64,000 nt of DNA. Source: the human T2T-CHM13v2.0 reference genome, Homo sapiens. Location of the stretch: assembly GCF_009914755.1 (NCBI RefSeq), contig NC_060940.1, one strand, 5' to 3'. Below, piece after piece: positions 1 through 24,223 of this stretch; positions within the stretch are counted from its first letter, which is position 1, and every line of letters begins with the position of its first letter. The notes below the pieces were generated by a model that saw only the letters and a list, made by a program, of their open reading frames with translations, searched no databases and was not told the origin of the DNA. The position numbers were made by a program, and so were the translations under genes.

Positions 1-55
1 AAAAAAAAAAAAAAAATTAGCCAGGTGTGGTGGCACACACCTGTAATCCCAGCTA

Positions 56-270
<215 letters not shown>

Positions 271-354
271 AAAAATATGGAAAGCTTCACGAATTTGCAA
301 GTCATCCTTGCTAAGGGGCCATGCTGACCTCTGTATAATGTTTTAGTATATGTG
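271..354 (-). pseudogene. U6 snRNA retropseudogene (5' ~15 nt lost at an Alu)
   Basis: Matches reverse complement of U6: aaaatatggaaagcttcacgaatttgcaagtcatccttgctaaggggccatgct...ttttagtatatgtg. Confidence 0.93.
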
Positions 355-478
355 GCTGGGTGTGGTGGCCCACGCCTGTAATCCTAGCACTTTGGGAGGC
401 CGAGGTGGGCGGATTGCCTGAGGCAGGAGCTTGAGACCAGCCTGGGCAACACGGTAAAACCCCGAAGTCCCTTCCTCA

Positions 479-709
<231 letters not shown>

Positions 710-724
710 TCAAGAAAGAAAGAA

Positions 725-759
<35 letters not shown>

Positions 760-1399
760 GAAGAGGAAAGTTATACATATACATGTTTGTTATTTAAAAG
801 TAGAGATGGGAGCTGAGCACAATGGCTCTTGCCTCTAATCCCAGCACGTCAGTAACTGAGGCAGGAGGATCACTGGAGCTCAGGAGTTCAAGACCCGTCT
901 TTATGTAAAAACAAAACCAAACACATGGCCAGGTGCAGTGGCTCACGCCTGTAATCCCAGCACTTTGGGAGGCCGAGGCAGGCGGATCACCTGAGATCAG
1001 GAATTTAAGACGAGTCTGGTCAACATGACGAAACCCCGACTCTACAAAAATATAAAAATTAGCTGGGCACAGTGGTGCACGACTGTAATCCCAGCTACTT
1101 GGGAGGCTGATGCATGAGTTGCTTGAAAACGGGAGGTGGAGGTTGCAGTGAGCCAAGATCGCACCACTGCACTCTAGCCTGGGCGACAGAGTGAGACTTC
1201 GTCTCAAAAACAAAAACAAAAACAACACAGATCTCTGTGGATAGACATTTAAGTTGTTTCTAGCATTTGTGTTATGACAAACAGGATTTCTGGAAGTATT
1301 TTTATTATTTTATTATTATTGCTGACATAAAATTCACATACCATGAAATGTACCTTTTAAAGTGTGCCATTGCAGTGGTTTTCGTATATTCACAAAGTC

Positions 1400-1621
1400 G
1401 TACAACCATTGCCATTATCTAATTCTGGAGCCATTCAGAAACACCCATTTTTTTATGGCCATGTGTGCATGTGTCAGAAGAAGGCACTCTTGGAGGTGCA
1501 GCTGATGGGTTGTACAACCACTGCCATTATCTAATCATGGAGACATTCAGAAACACCCATTTTGTATGGTTGTGTGTGCCTGTGTGAGCAGAAGGCACCT
1601 GTGGAGATGCAGCTGATGGGC
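1400..1621. repeat. ~112-bp two-copy tandem duplication
   Basis: gtacaacca..gccattatctaat..cattcagaaacacccatttt..gaaggcac..tggag.tgcagctgatggg starting at 1400 and 1512. Confidence 0.9.
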
Positions 1622-1981
1622 TTTGGGGTGATGAGTCCTTCCAACGGAAAGAAAGCAGGGCCCAGAGGCTTGGGATCACCACATTACCCCTGCTACACTG
1701 AGCAATTTGCAATGACTGCCAGTCCCTCAGGAAAAGTTAGTTCTATCTGGATTTTTGCACATCGGATTTCCTTCAAGCAGGCTAGACCCTTAAATATTCC
1801 AGTTAGAACAGTCTAATGATAGGAAATGCCCCAGTAACATGGGAGTTGTAATATCTCAATTCACAGACCTTGCAGTTGTGTGGTCCTTTTAAAACCTAAG
1901 TCAGGTGATGTCATTCCTCACCTGACTTTTGAGAGTTTTCAAAACTCTCAAAAAACGGAAAAAAGCGGTGGCTTACGCCTA

Positions 1982-2394
<413 letters not shown>

Positions 2395-3986
2395 CTAGCA
2401 TCTCACTCACAGTAGAAGCCAAGTCCTTACAAAGGCCTGCAAAGCCCGACACAGTCTGGTTCCTGCCTACCTCCCAGCCCCGCTTTCCCAGCCCTCGCCC
2501 TCTCACTGACTCTGTTCCAACCCCTCTGGCCTCCTGGTGGGGCCTCCAGCTCACCCAGCACATGCCCACCTTGAGGACTTCACAGTGCTCTTTCATCTGC
2601 CTAACAGATTCGTGCACAGTTCCAGCCTCACTTCATTTCCCTGCTCTGTCATCCAGGCTGGAGTGTAGTGGCATGATCTCGGCTCAGGGATTACAGGTGT
2701 GCACCACCATGCCCAGCTAATTTTTGTATTTTTAGTAGAGACAGGGTTTCGCCATGTTGGCCAGGCCGGTCTTTAACTCCTGACCTCAGGTGATCTGTCC
2801 GCCTCGGTCTCCCAAAGTGCTGGGATTACAGGTGTGAGCCACCACGCCCAGCCCATGCTGGGCACTTTGTTAGGCCCCAAGGTGGTGGGCAGTGATGGGT
2901 AAGACTTATGAATGGCGTAAGCCACCACACCCGGCCCCTAAACCCGCACTTTGCTAACTGTTTGCTTTGTGATGTTCAGGCTAGTTGCCTAAACTCTCGG
3001 AGCCTGAGAGTGAACCACACCTATCACAAAGGGAAAGAGCCTTGGACTCCACTGGGCGGTGATGAGTAAAAGCTGCTGCAAATGAAAAAGGCCTCCCACA
3101 GTGCTGGGAGCACGGTCGAGGTCCACAAAACAGTAGCTATCAGGGTGATTCTTATGTAAATGCTCTGAATAATAATACCATTAACATTTATAGAACTAGG
3201 TGTCAAGCTCTGTTAGGCACCCACATCAGGCGAGATCTTCTAGTCCCTAACTCTTCCCCTAAAACCAGCTTCTGCTCGCCAAGCCCCACTGGGAATGAGG
3301 AGGAGGGGCTCTCGGTGATGCAAATGAGTGTTGACTTTTTTTTAATCAACAAAACAATGAGCCCTTAGAAGTATACAATGGAAATGTTTAGAATGTTGAA
3401 AGGAGAGAAATCAGTTAACAAGTGCTTATTGATACACTCACACCCAGCTCTACTTGTCAATAAACATTTCCCAAAGCCTGCAGATTGGAATCCAGGCGAG
3501 GGCCCTAAGGGCTGTGTGAACTGGGGCCTGTTACTTGAGGTCACTGTGTTTCAGGTTAATGCAGGAAAACAGGGAAGTAATGAGGCTGACCTGTTGGGTC
3601 TTCGGTGAAATGTGTATGAAGAGCTTGACACTTACTAGAAATGAAGCAATTTTTCTTATCTAAGGAAATCATTTTACCCCAACCCTCCCCACCTCACTCC
3701 TACTTCAGAAGTGTAGGAGGCTCCCCTAGATTCTGAGCCTTAATTCTGACATCACAGAGCCACTTTCAGTTTCCTGGGGGAAGACAGGAAGGAGGAATAA
3801 TGTGTGGAATCAATACTGAGGATGCTGGCCTGGCGTGGTGGCTCATGCCTGTAATCCCATCACTTTCTGAGGCTGAGGCGAGCAGATCATCTGAAATCAG
3901 GAGTTTGAGACCAGCCTGGCCAACATGGTGAAACCCAGTGAAACCCAGTCTCTACTAAAAATACAAAAATTAGCCAGGCATGGCTA

Positions 3987-4199
<213 letters not shown>

Positions 4200-4255
4200 T
4201 TAAGCAAGCAATGGAGAGATACCTAAATATATATGTATAAATATTTTTTAAATAG

Positions 4256-4917
<662 letters not shown>

Positions 4918-5288
4918 TGAGACGCTGTCTTGCTCTGTCACCCAGGCTGGAGTGCAGTGGCGTGATTGCAGCTTACCTCAGCCTCCGCTTCCCGGGTTCA
5001 AGCAATTCTCCTGTCTCAGCCTCCGGAGTAACTGGGATTACACGTGTGGGCCACAACGCCCAGCTAATTTTTTATTTTTAGTAGATATGAGGTTTAACTA
5101 TGTTGGCCAGGGTGGTCTGGAACTCTGACCTCAAGTGATCCACGCACCTCGGCCTCTCAAAATGCTGGGATTACAGGCATGAGCTACCGCACCTCACCTG
5201 GAGAGATACTTACAGAAAAACAAAAACAAAAACAAAAACCTTACGGTGTTTCCTTATGCGTGAAGATATTCACTACAAGGGTATGGGC

Positions 5289-6370
<1,082 letters not shown>

Positions 6371-6589
6371 CTCTGTCTAGGCGACAGAGCGAGACTCCGG
6401 CTCAAAATATATATGTAAAATAAAATGAAAAAATAAAATAAAATATTGTTTCTAGAGGTAGAGAACGGAAACAACTCAAGTGTTCAAAGTAGGAGATTGA
6501 TTAAATAAATCCTATGAGGTTGATCCCAATGTGTAGATCTGAAATAATCTTCAATATTTATTATTAATTAGTAAATATCGATATTATCT

Positions 6590-10550
<3,961 letters not shown>

Positions 10551-10554
10551 TTAA

Positions 10555-10743
<189 letters not shown>

Positions 10744-10746
10744 TAG

Positions 10747-11300
<554 letters not shown>

Positions 11301-11586
11301 TAATCCTGTTAAAAAAAAAAAAAGCTTTTAATTAAAAATACATTCCCCGGCTGGGCACAATGGCTCACGCCTATAATCCCAGCACTTTGGGAGGCCCAGG
11401 CAGGCAGATGACCTGAGATCAGGAGTTCGAGACCAGCCTGGGCAAAATAGCAAAACCCCGTCTCTACTAAAAATATAAAAATTAGCTGGGCGTGGTGGCC
11501 CACGCCTGTAATCCCAGCTACTCCGGAGGCTGAGGCAGTAGAATCACTTGAACCCAGGATGCGGCGGTTGCAGTGAGCCAAGATCA

Positions 11587-11844
<258 letters not shown>

Positions 11845-12598
11845 CTACTAAAAATACAAAAAATTAGCCGGGCATTCATTGTGGTGGGTGCATGTAATCC
11901 CAGCTACTCGAAAGGGTGAGGCAGGAGAATTGCTTGAACCCAGGAGGCGGATATTGCAGTGAGCCGAGATCTTGCCATTGCACTCCAGCCTGGCAACAAT
12001 AGTGAAACTCCTTCTCAAAAAAAAACAAAAAAAAAAACAAAAAAAACCCAAAAAAATCCAAAGTAACTATAAGCCGGGTGCTGTAGCTCACGCCTGTAAT
12101 GCCAGCACTTTGGGAGGCCTCCGAGGCAGGCGGATCACCTGAGGACAACATGGTGAAACTGTCTCTACTAAAAATACAGAAAACTTAGCTGGGCATGGTG
12201 GCTCATGCCTGTAATCCCAGCTACTCAGGAAGCTGAGGCAGGAGAATCGTTTGAACCCAGGAGGAGGAGGTTGCAGTGAGCCGAGGTCAGGCCCACTGCA
12301 CTCCAGCCTGGGGGACAGAGGGAGATTCTGTCTCAAAAATAAATAAATAGTAACGATAAAGCAAACATTTGTTTTACCTCTACCTTAAAAACATTTTCAG
12401 TAGTTGTTGTTTTGTAAAGACAGGGTCTGACTATGTTTCACCTGCTGGTCTGGAACTCCTGGACTCAAGCAATCCTCTTTCCTCAGCCTCCCAAAGTGTT
12501 GAGATTACAGGCGTGAGCCACTGCTCCCGGCCAGTTGTTTTTAAGTTTAAAAAATAAGTATAACAAACACCTGTGGCCTGCGCCTGTAATCCCAGCTA

Positions 12599-12778
<180 letters not shown>

Positions 12779-13097
12779 CTATTTTTTTGTTTTGTTTCCT
12801 TTTTTTTTTCTAACAAGACCACAAAACAGAAGGTACTTATTCTACACACCTTTTTTTTTTTTTTTTTTTTTAGAATGCAGTACTTAATGGTCACTCTTTT
12901 GTGAGTCACTTAATGGATCAAGGCTTTTCTTATTTATTGTATGTCATGTGACCTCAGCCAATATTCTCCTTTTGTTGTTGTTGTTTTGTGTTTGTTTGTT
13001 TTGAGGTGGAGTCTCACTGTTGCCCAAGGATGGAGTGTAGTGGCGTAATCTCGGCTCACTGAAAACTCAGCTTCCTGGGTTCAAGAATTTTTTTTAA

Positions 13098-13250
<153 letters not shown>

Positions 13251-14019
13251 TAATTTTTTTGTGTTTTTAATAGAGACGGGGTTTCGCTATCTTGGCCAGG
13301 CTGGTCTTGAACTCCTGACCTCATGATCCACCCGCCTCGGCCTCCCAAAGTGCTGGGATTAGGCATGAGCCACCGTGCCCGGCCGAATAATTTTTTAATT
13401 CAAATAAAAAAGTTTGGGCATGCTTACAGTCCCTCCGACAGCAGTGTGTGCACCTAGCTGCCCATACCCTTCCTAGAACTGGGTGTCATAATTACAGTTT
13501 CCTTCTCATAAGGTTGGGATGTTTTGGATTCGTGTGTTTGCTTAAGATGTGCTGGGTTCAACCCACGAAGGCTCTGTGCTTGGCTGTGTTCTGAGAAGTT
13601 TTCAGTCCTTGTGGAGAGGAGAGGTATTCTAGCACCCTCTCCTAGCCTCCTGGGACCTCAGCCACCCACAACTGCCTTCCAGAGTTTCCTCGCAGAGGTT
13701 CCCCAGAAGAGTTATTTGCTAAATCTGTCAACCTTACCACCACATTCCCTTTCTGCTTAAAGATTTCAATCTCCATCACCTTTTACCTAGACTACAGCAG
13801 TCACTTAGACTCTTATCCCAACAGTCCGTTGTCAGCACGTTGTATCTGGCCTCTGCTCAAAGCCCTCCTGCTACACTTCACATTCCATCTAAGCTCCTTA
13901 GCTTGGTCTTCAAAGCCCTGCCAGATGCAGGCCTGATCCTCTTCTAAGACCGCATCTCCCACTGTTCCCCTTCCCCTGCAGTCTCCTGGTGGGTTCCTGG
14001 CAGGATAAGCTGGGTCTAG

Positions 14020-14404
<385 letters not shown>

Positions 14405-14541
14405 TAGAGAGGCCCTCCCAGACAATCTTGTCTAAAATAATGCCTCTTCTGCCCCTCACCCGAGCTCATCCACCCCACTTCATTTTTTCATAACACGTAT
14501 CAGCCATTATTATATTTTATTTTATTCATTTATTGAGATAG

Positions 14542-14703
<162 letters not shown>

Positions 14704-15244
14704 TGAGACAGAGTCTCGCTCTGTCGCCCAGGCTATAGTGCAGTGACGGTGGCACGATCTTGGCTCACTGCAACCTCCGCCTCCCGGGTTCAAGTGATTC
14801 TTCTGCCTCAGCCTCCCGAGTAGCTGGGAGTACAAGTGCCTGCCACCACGCCTGGCTAATTTTTGTATTTTTAGTAGAGACGGGATTTCATCATATTGGC
14901 CAGGCTGATCTCGAACTCCTGACCTTGTGATCTGCCTGCCTCAGCCTCCCCAAGTACTGGGATTACAGGCGTAAGCCACCATGCCCAGCCAACCATCATT
15001 ATTTTATATTCACACTTATTTATATGTTTGTTATTTGTCTTCTCCCACCAGGAATGTAAGCTTGATAAAAACTGAAACCTTGAGTGTTTTACTTGTTTGT
15101 GTTTCCAACATTATCTCCCCAGTGCCTAGAATAATGCCTGGCACATGGTAGATGGACTCAGATGCTAGACCTGGATTTGACAAGGTGTACTGCACAGCAG
15201 TTAAGAGCACAAATGTAGCTGGGCACAGTGGCTCATGCCTGTAA

Positions 15245-15763
<519 letters not shown>

Positions 15764-15964
15764 TGAGCTATGATGCCCACCACTGCCCTCCAGCTCCAGT
15801 CTCGGCAAAGAGTGAGACCATCTCTTGGGGAAAAAAAAAAAAAGCACAAAAATGAGTCAAGTCCCTCTGGGTTGACAGCAGTCCCTGTGTTGTTCTTTTT
15901 CAGCTCCGTAACTTGCGACGTTACTTAACCATCCTTTTCACCATCTATAAAAGAAGGATGGTAA

Positions 15965-16093
<129 letters not shown>

Positions 16094-16440
16094 TAGCTGG
16101 GATTACAGGCATGTGCCACAACGCCCAGCTAATTTTGTATTATCAATAGAGACGGGGTTTCTCCATGTTGGTCAGGCTGGTCTCGACCTCCCGACCTCAG
16201 GTGATCCACCCATCTCGGCCTCCCAAAGTGCTGGAATTACAGGCGTGAGCCACCACGCCTGGCCGACAATCTATGTAACATAATTGTGAGAATTAAGTGA
16301 GTTAATTCATGTAAATACACAGGTTGGTGCTTAGTGCTTGTCATTATTATACTTCTTGAGTGAATTTAACACATAGTATCCAGGTGCAGTGGCTCACGCC
16401 TGTAATACCAGCACTTTGGGAGGCCGAGGCGGGTGGATCA

Positions 16441-16701
<261 letters not shown>

Positions 16702-17822
16702 CTATTGCCGTCATGCAACAAGCAGGCATCAACCAAGCCCAAGGTGTGGATATTTATGATGTGCGTGGCACTCCCCCAGACAGTGGACATAGATGGGCAT
16801 GCATTAAAGTGAACGAGACAGAGGTAAACCCAAGGAATTATTCGTAGAGTGCAGATAAGCAAAAAAAGCAGACTGTTACAGGAGATATAGCGTAGTCTGA
16901 GGGCAGGAAAGGCTTCTGGAAGCAGTGACTTTGTCCTAGGACTAAGGATGTGTAGGTTGTAACTGCATGGAAGGAAAGAGAGAAGCAAGTGTGAGAAAGC
17001 TCAGAACAGAGAAAAGAACCTGCAGAGAGACAGCAGTGGCTGGAGTGCAGGGCACTGGGAGAGATGAGGCTAGATAATCTGCCAAGGGCTTATCACGCAG
17101 GGCCCAGGGGCCTCGGAAAGGGTTTTCACAGGAGCCATGAAAGGACCTGAAGGAGAGTGACTCTGTCCGATCTGCAGTGAGACAAGTTTCCCCTGGCTGC
17201 TGTGTGGAGACATCTTCTTCAGGTCTCCATCCAACTTTCACTTCACCAGAGTCCCCCTGGTTTAAAAGGGCCCCTCCCCTGCCCCTCTCTACCTGCTTTA
17301 TAATGTAATTGCCCTCGCCATTCCCTAACATTATGTCACGCTCTCAATTGCTGGTTCCGATTCCCCCACTGCAATGGATACCACACGGGAACTGGGTTTT
17401 GGTGGGGCAGGAGAGACTGGCCACACAAAGATCAATTAGGAGGGTGGTACAGCCTGCTTCGGATCCAGATTTTTGACTTGCCAGGGGGGTTAGGAGCAGC
17501 TGTTGGGATGGAAGAGAGCAGGAGGCAGGACTCAGTTCACCTGGAAACTTCATTTGCATAGCACTTTACATAAGACTGAGAAACATCAACTGTCCATATC
17601 AAAGAATGGGACGGGGAAGCTATTGGAAACCATGGTGGTGGCGCTAAAGTTTCTAACCAGCCAGTTCTTGGGGTTATAAATCATCAAGGGCTTAAGTATC
17701 TCCCATAGGAGTGAAGAGAAACAGATAGAATGGAGAAGTGTTTAAAATGTAACGCACAAGACTTGGCGTCTGGATGTGGGGCATGAGGAAAAGGGAAAGT
17801 GATGCCTACATTTCTAGCTTGA

Positions 17823-18230
<408 letters not shown>

Positions 18231-18997
18231 TGATCTCTGCTCATTGCAACCTCTGCTTCCTGGTTCAAGCGATTCTCCTGCCTTAGCCTCCCGAATAGCT
18301 GGGATTACAGGCGTGAGCCACCACACCCAGCTAATTTTGGTATTTTTAGTAGAGACAGGGCTTCACCATGTTGGCCACGGCTGGTCTCGAACTCTTGACC
18401 TCAGGCGATCTGCCTGCCTTGGCCTTCCAAAGTGCTGGGATTACAGGTGTGAGCCACCAGCCTGGCTGTGAGTTCACTTTGGATGGAGGAGTCCAAGGTT
18501 CCTAGGGAGCCTCCTGCATGAGGATTCCAGGAGTTAGAGGATTCTGAGCTGGGGATAGTCCTTAAGAGATGGTAGTTGGAATAAACATGGAAATCATGAG
18601 AAATTACTGGGGCCTTAGAGATTAATGCCCCTTTTTTTTCCCCTGAGATGTCTTTAGGCAAATCACCAGAAATGCTTATATGGGAGTGCTTTCCAGTTAC
18701 AACCTGGCTTCTCCACCTCACCTTGATGGTTCTGTAACCCCCAGCCACTAATAGCAATGGAAGGTCCATTAAAGGGAGGAGTCCTGGAAGCTGAAGCTTC
18801 ATTAGTTTTACAATATCTGCCTCAGCCCTTGAAGACTTGGATGAGAGGAGGCAGTTGAGGCAAGAATCCTTAGCAGCCCCACCAATTGATGGAGGGGGCC
18901 AGAAGTGTCCTGTGGGGAGAGGGAGAAGGAAAGGGAGTGGCCAGGGAGGTGGGAGGAGCCTGGGAAAGACTGGAATCACAGAAGGAACCATGTTTAG

Positions 18998-19626
<629 letters not shown>

Positions 19627-19960
19627 TGACCTCCCAAAGTGCTGGGATTACAGGTGTGAGCCACCGTGCCCGGCCTGGATCATGCCAATCTTTTGCTTAA
19701 CAACTTTCAATAGCTCCCTGTCACTTCCAAACGAATGCCCCATACCTAGCCTAGCATGCTGGGCCCTTAGCCGCTTGGAGCTAGGTGATCTCTCCAACAG
19801 TGTCTCAACCCGCTCCCTCATAAAGAAGACAAGCTGGGGCCGGGTGTGGTAGCTCACGCCTGTAGTCCCAGCACTTTGGGAGGCTGAGACAGGAGGGTTG
19901 CTTGAGGCCAAGAGTTCAAGACCAACCTGGGCAACATAGCGAGACCTCCCACTTTCACTA

Positions 19961-20113
<153 letters not shown>

Positions 20114-20654
20114 TCACTGTCCCCCATTCCCCGCCCTCCTCCGGCAACCATCAGCCTTGTGGAGGCTGTGTCATCTTCCTGGAGTGCCTGCCTTCATGCC
20201 TAAATTTTTCAAGGCCAGGCTCAAATGATACTTCCCTAGGAAGCCTTCCCTGATACCCCACTGGGTATCCAACCTGACCCTTGGAGAGTTCCTTGACCAC
20301 CCTTCTTTTGAGACACCGCAACACTGCCATGCCTTTTACCAAGCTCACAGCTCATCCTGCAATGAGACTAAGTTCTTAAGAGCAGGGACTGTGCCATCTT
20401 CCCTCCTCTCTCCCACTGCACACAGCACAGGGCCAGATAGGAAACAGGCAGAGGAAATGCTGGTTAGGAGAACATGCTCGTTGACACGCTTGTGTATAAA
20501 CAAGAGGTCACAAGTTTAACTGCCTTTAGGTGCCAGATATGACAAATGTGTTAAGTTGCCCCGTGCAAAACAATTGGGAATGGTGGGGCCTACGGCACAT
20601 CGGAGACGTCATTCTCTTGCCTGAAGTAATTTTTCTTTTCTTTTTTTTTTTTGA

Positions 20655-20813
<159 letters not shown>

Positions 20814-21193
20814 TAGTAGAGACGGGGTTTCTCCACGTTGGTCAGGCTGGTCTCGAACTCCCGACCTCAGGTGATCCACCTGCCTCGGCATCCCAAAGTG
20901 TTGGGATTACAGGCGTGAGCCACCGTGCCTGGCTTCCTGAAGTTTTAATAATACCCAGAACATGAAAACACTGTGTAAAGCAGCTGGGCGTGGTGACTCA
21001 AGCCTGTAGTACCAGCACTTTGGGAGGCTGAGGCAGGCAGATCACCTGAGTCCAGGAGTTCGAGACCAGCCTGGCCAACATGGTGAAACCCCGTCTCTAG
21101 GCCAGGCGTGGTAGCTCACGCCTGTAATCCCAGTACTTTGGGAGGCCCAGGTGGGCGGATCACGAGGTCAGGAGATCGAGACCATCCTGGCTA

Positions 21194-21685
<492 letters not shown>

Positions 21686-21688
21686 TCA

Positions 21689-21898
<210 letters not shown>

Positions 21899-22065
21899 CT
21901 ATCTCAACAAATGAATACATAAATAAATACTATGTAAAGCACATCAGAAAGCTAACCTTGACCTTAAGATCATGGGTGTGAAACACTGAACTATAGTGAA
22001 ATATACTCCACATTTAGGTAGTCCTTTAGAGCTTTTTTATTTTTTCATAATTTTAAAATTTTTAA

Positions 22066-22314
<249 letters not shown>

Positions 22315-23032
22315 TAGGTCCAATTCAGGCTCTGGCCTGGGATCCCCTCTTCTGGGGGTGATGGGAGGAGGGTCTAGAAAAGATGGGCATCATCCACTTT
22401 TCTTTCAACCCAAACTTCATCTGTAAAATGGGACCAACAATCCTCTTCGCAGGGAAGAGCTAAACTGAATGGAGGAAGGGGAGCTTCATCAGGGCTTCCT
22501 AACCTGGCCTCTTAGCGGGGGCTTTAGGTGGTAAAATTTTATGACAGCGAGTGCATTCTTGTGGCTTAGACTGCTTGGCTAGGAATCTTGACTTCAGGAT
22601 CTGTCACTGTGTTTTAACGCCTGAGCCTCAATTCGTTTGTAAAATGGAGCAGTTAGGATTAAAAGAAATAATCAAGGCACCAAGTAGTGTCAGTAGAAGG
22701 TAGCTGTTATTTATTGTTCTATTCTGGGGTAAAGGTATCAGATTCTCAAAGGGATTCTTAATCTAGAAAGTTTGCGAAGAGATGGCAAAGGTGTTTGAAA
22801 GCTATCAGGAAACCATCCTCGCGTAAAACGAAGCAGCGCTACAGAAGTGGGCTGCCATGGGAATCGGGAGGCCCAGGTTCCACTGCTAACTTGCTGCAGC
22901 TTACTGGGTGATCTGTAAATAAAAAGGGAGGTGGCGGTGGTCCGAGCTGGCAGCCGCAATGCAGCCCCAGGTAGATCTAGGGGCAAACGGTAAAGGCGCT
23001 CCGAGGAAGGGCGAGCGCGCAGCCTCTGGGAG

Positions 23033-23057
23033 ACTACACCTCCCAGGCTGCCTTGCG
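23033..23057 (+). promoter_or_regulatory. ZNF143/THAP11 extended SBS motif
   Basis: ACTACACCTCCCAGGCTGCCTTGCG fits ACTACAnnTCCCAGnnTGC. Confidence 0.85.
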
Positions 23058-23120
23058 CACCGTGCTGCACCCTACGCTAGCACGCGAGCCTCCCCGTTCC
23101 CCCACCCTCCAGTTACTGTC

Positions 23121-23130
23121 TCTCGCGAGA
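23121..23130. promoter_or_regulatory. TCTCGCGAGA palindrome (BANP/CGCG element)
   Basis: Perfect 10-bp consensus within the CpG island. Confidence 0.85.
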
Positions 23131-23189
23131 AGACGGGCCGCGCCGGCGATAGCGATTCCGAGCGAGTGGTGGTGGTAGTGGTGGTGGTG

Positions 23190-23442
23190 GCGGCCGAGAC
23201 GGCGGCGGCCATTTTGGTGAGGCCTCGGGAGCGGCAGCGGCGGTTCGCTGGGAGTAGCGTCTGCCCTTTTTCCCACCCACCGTCCGCATCTGTGTGCTGC
23301 GCGAAGAGGCAGTGGAGGCAAGGCGGTGGCAGTAGCCGCAGTCTCCAGGGGAGTTTAAAGGCCGCGAAGGCGGTGGCCAAGAGGGGGCCCTCCCCCCTCC
23401 TAGGCGGGAGGGGGGGTGGTGCGCACGCCCCCGAGGACGCAG
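23190..23442 (+). other. SRCAP: SRCAP alternative non-coding first exon (1a); start approximate
   Basis: Strong donor CAG|GTAAGG at 23442/3 downstream of promoter motifs; no ATG in the exon. Confidence 0.65.
23204..23216. promoter_or_regulatory. YY1 motif (GGCGGCCATTTTG); a second, opposite-facing site CAAGATGGCG at 23458-23467
   Basis: Consensus (C)GCCATnTT / AAnATGGC. Confidence 0.75.
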
Positions 23443-24151
23443 GTAAGGAGAGGGAGACAAGATGGCGAACGCCCCACAGTTCCCCCTCCCATGACGGCTG
23501 ACTGCGCGCGCATCTTTCCGCCACCGCCTCCCCCCCACCTTCCCGGGGTGCTGCGCGCGCACCCTCAGCCGGGGCCCCGGGGCCGGTGCGCGAGGCTGTC
23601 GGCGCGCGCCCATAGAGACAGACTGAGGGGGTCAGGCCGGCCGGCGCTGGGCCCCGGCGTGTCTCCTCTCCCTTCCCGCCCTTCTGCGCACGCGTGCCTG
23701 AGCGAGCGAGCGAGCGAGCGAGCCCTGAGAGGACGGACCCAGGTGCGCTCCTGCCCGCCCACCAACCCAGTCACCCCTCAGGGGCGCGCGGGAAGAGGAA
23801 GGGGGGCGTGGGACGAGTAGTCGGGGCGCGCGCCCACCACATCTAGCCGGGGGACCAGGACCTGGTGGCACGAACCCTCCCTTCTCTCAGCCTTTCGCGG
23901 TCGGGTGATGGGGGGGCTCCCTGACGGGCTTGGATGACGAGCTTCCCAGCCCCGCGACCCTTGTGTGCGTGGGCTCGGGTTCTGGCGGGAGCCCCTGGGC
24001 CGTGCGCGCAGCCGGCTCGCTCCGCCTCCAGCCGCGCACGCGCGGGCCCCTCCCCCGCCCGGCGCGCACGTTGGGTGGGGTGGGAGTCTGGAGGGGGCGG
24101 GGCTATCTCAGGGCTAGTGGCAACTTGGGCAGAGGTCAGGGGTCACGCGAG

Positions 24152-24223
24152 GTCAGTCCGTCGGGAGGGCTAGGGAGATGGTCACGAAACCTGAAGTCAA
24201 GAGTTAAGGCTTGTTGGCTTCTG
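24152..24223 (+). other. SRCAP: SRCAP non-coding first exon (1b); start approximate
   Basis: Donor CTG|GTGAGC at 24223/4 at the 3' edge of the island. Confidence 0.7.

Larger units (their letters stand above)
22690..23470 (-). ncRNA. Putative short unspliced antisense RNA (LOC730183-like) from the SRCAP promoter
   Basis: Minus-strand AATAAA at 22715-22710 just outside the island; locus knowledge recalled, boundaries approximate. Confidence 0.5.
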
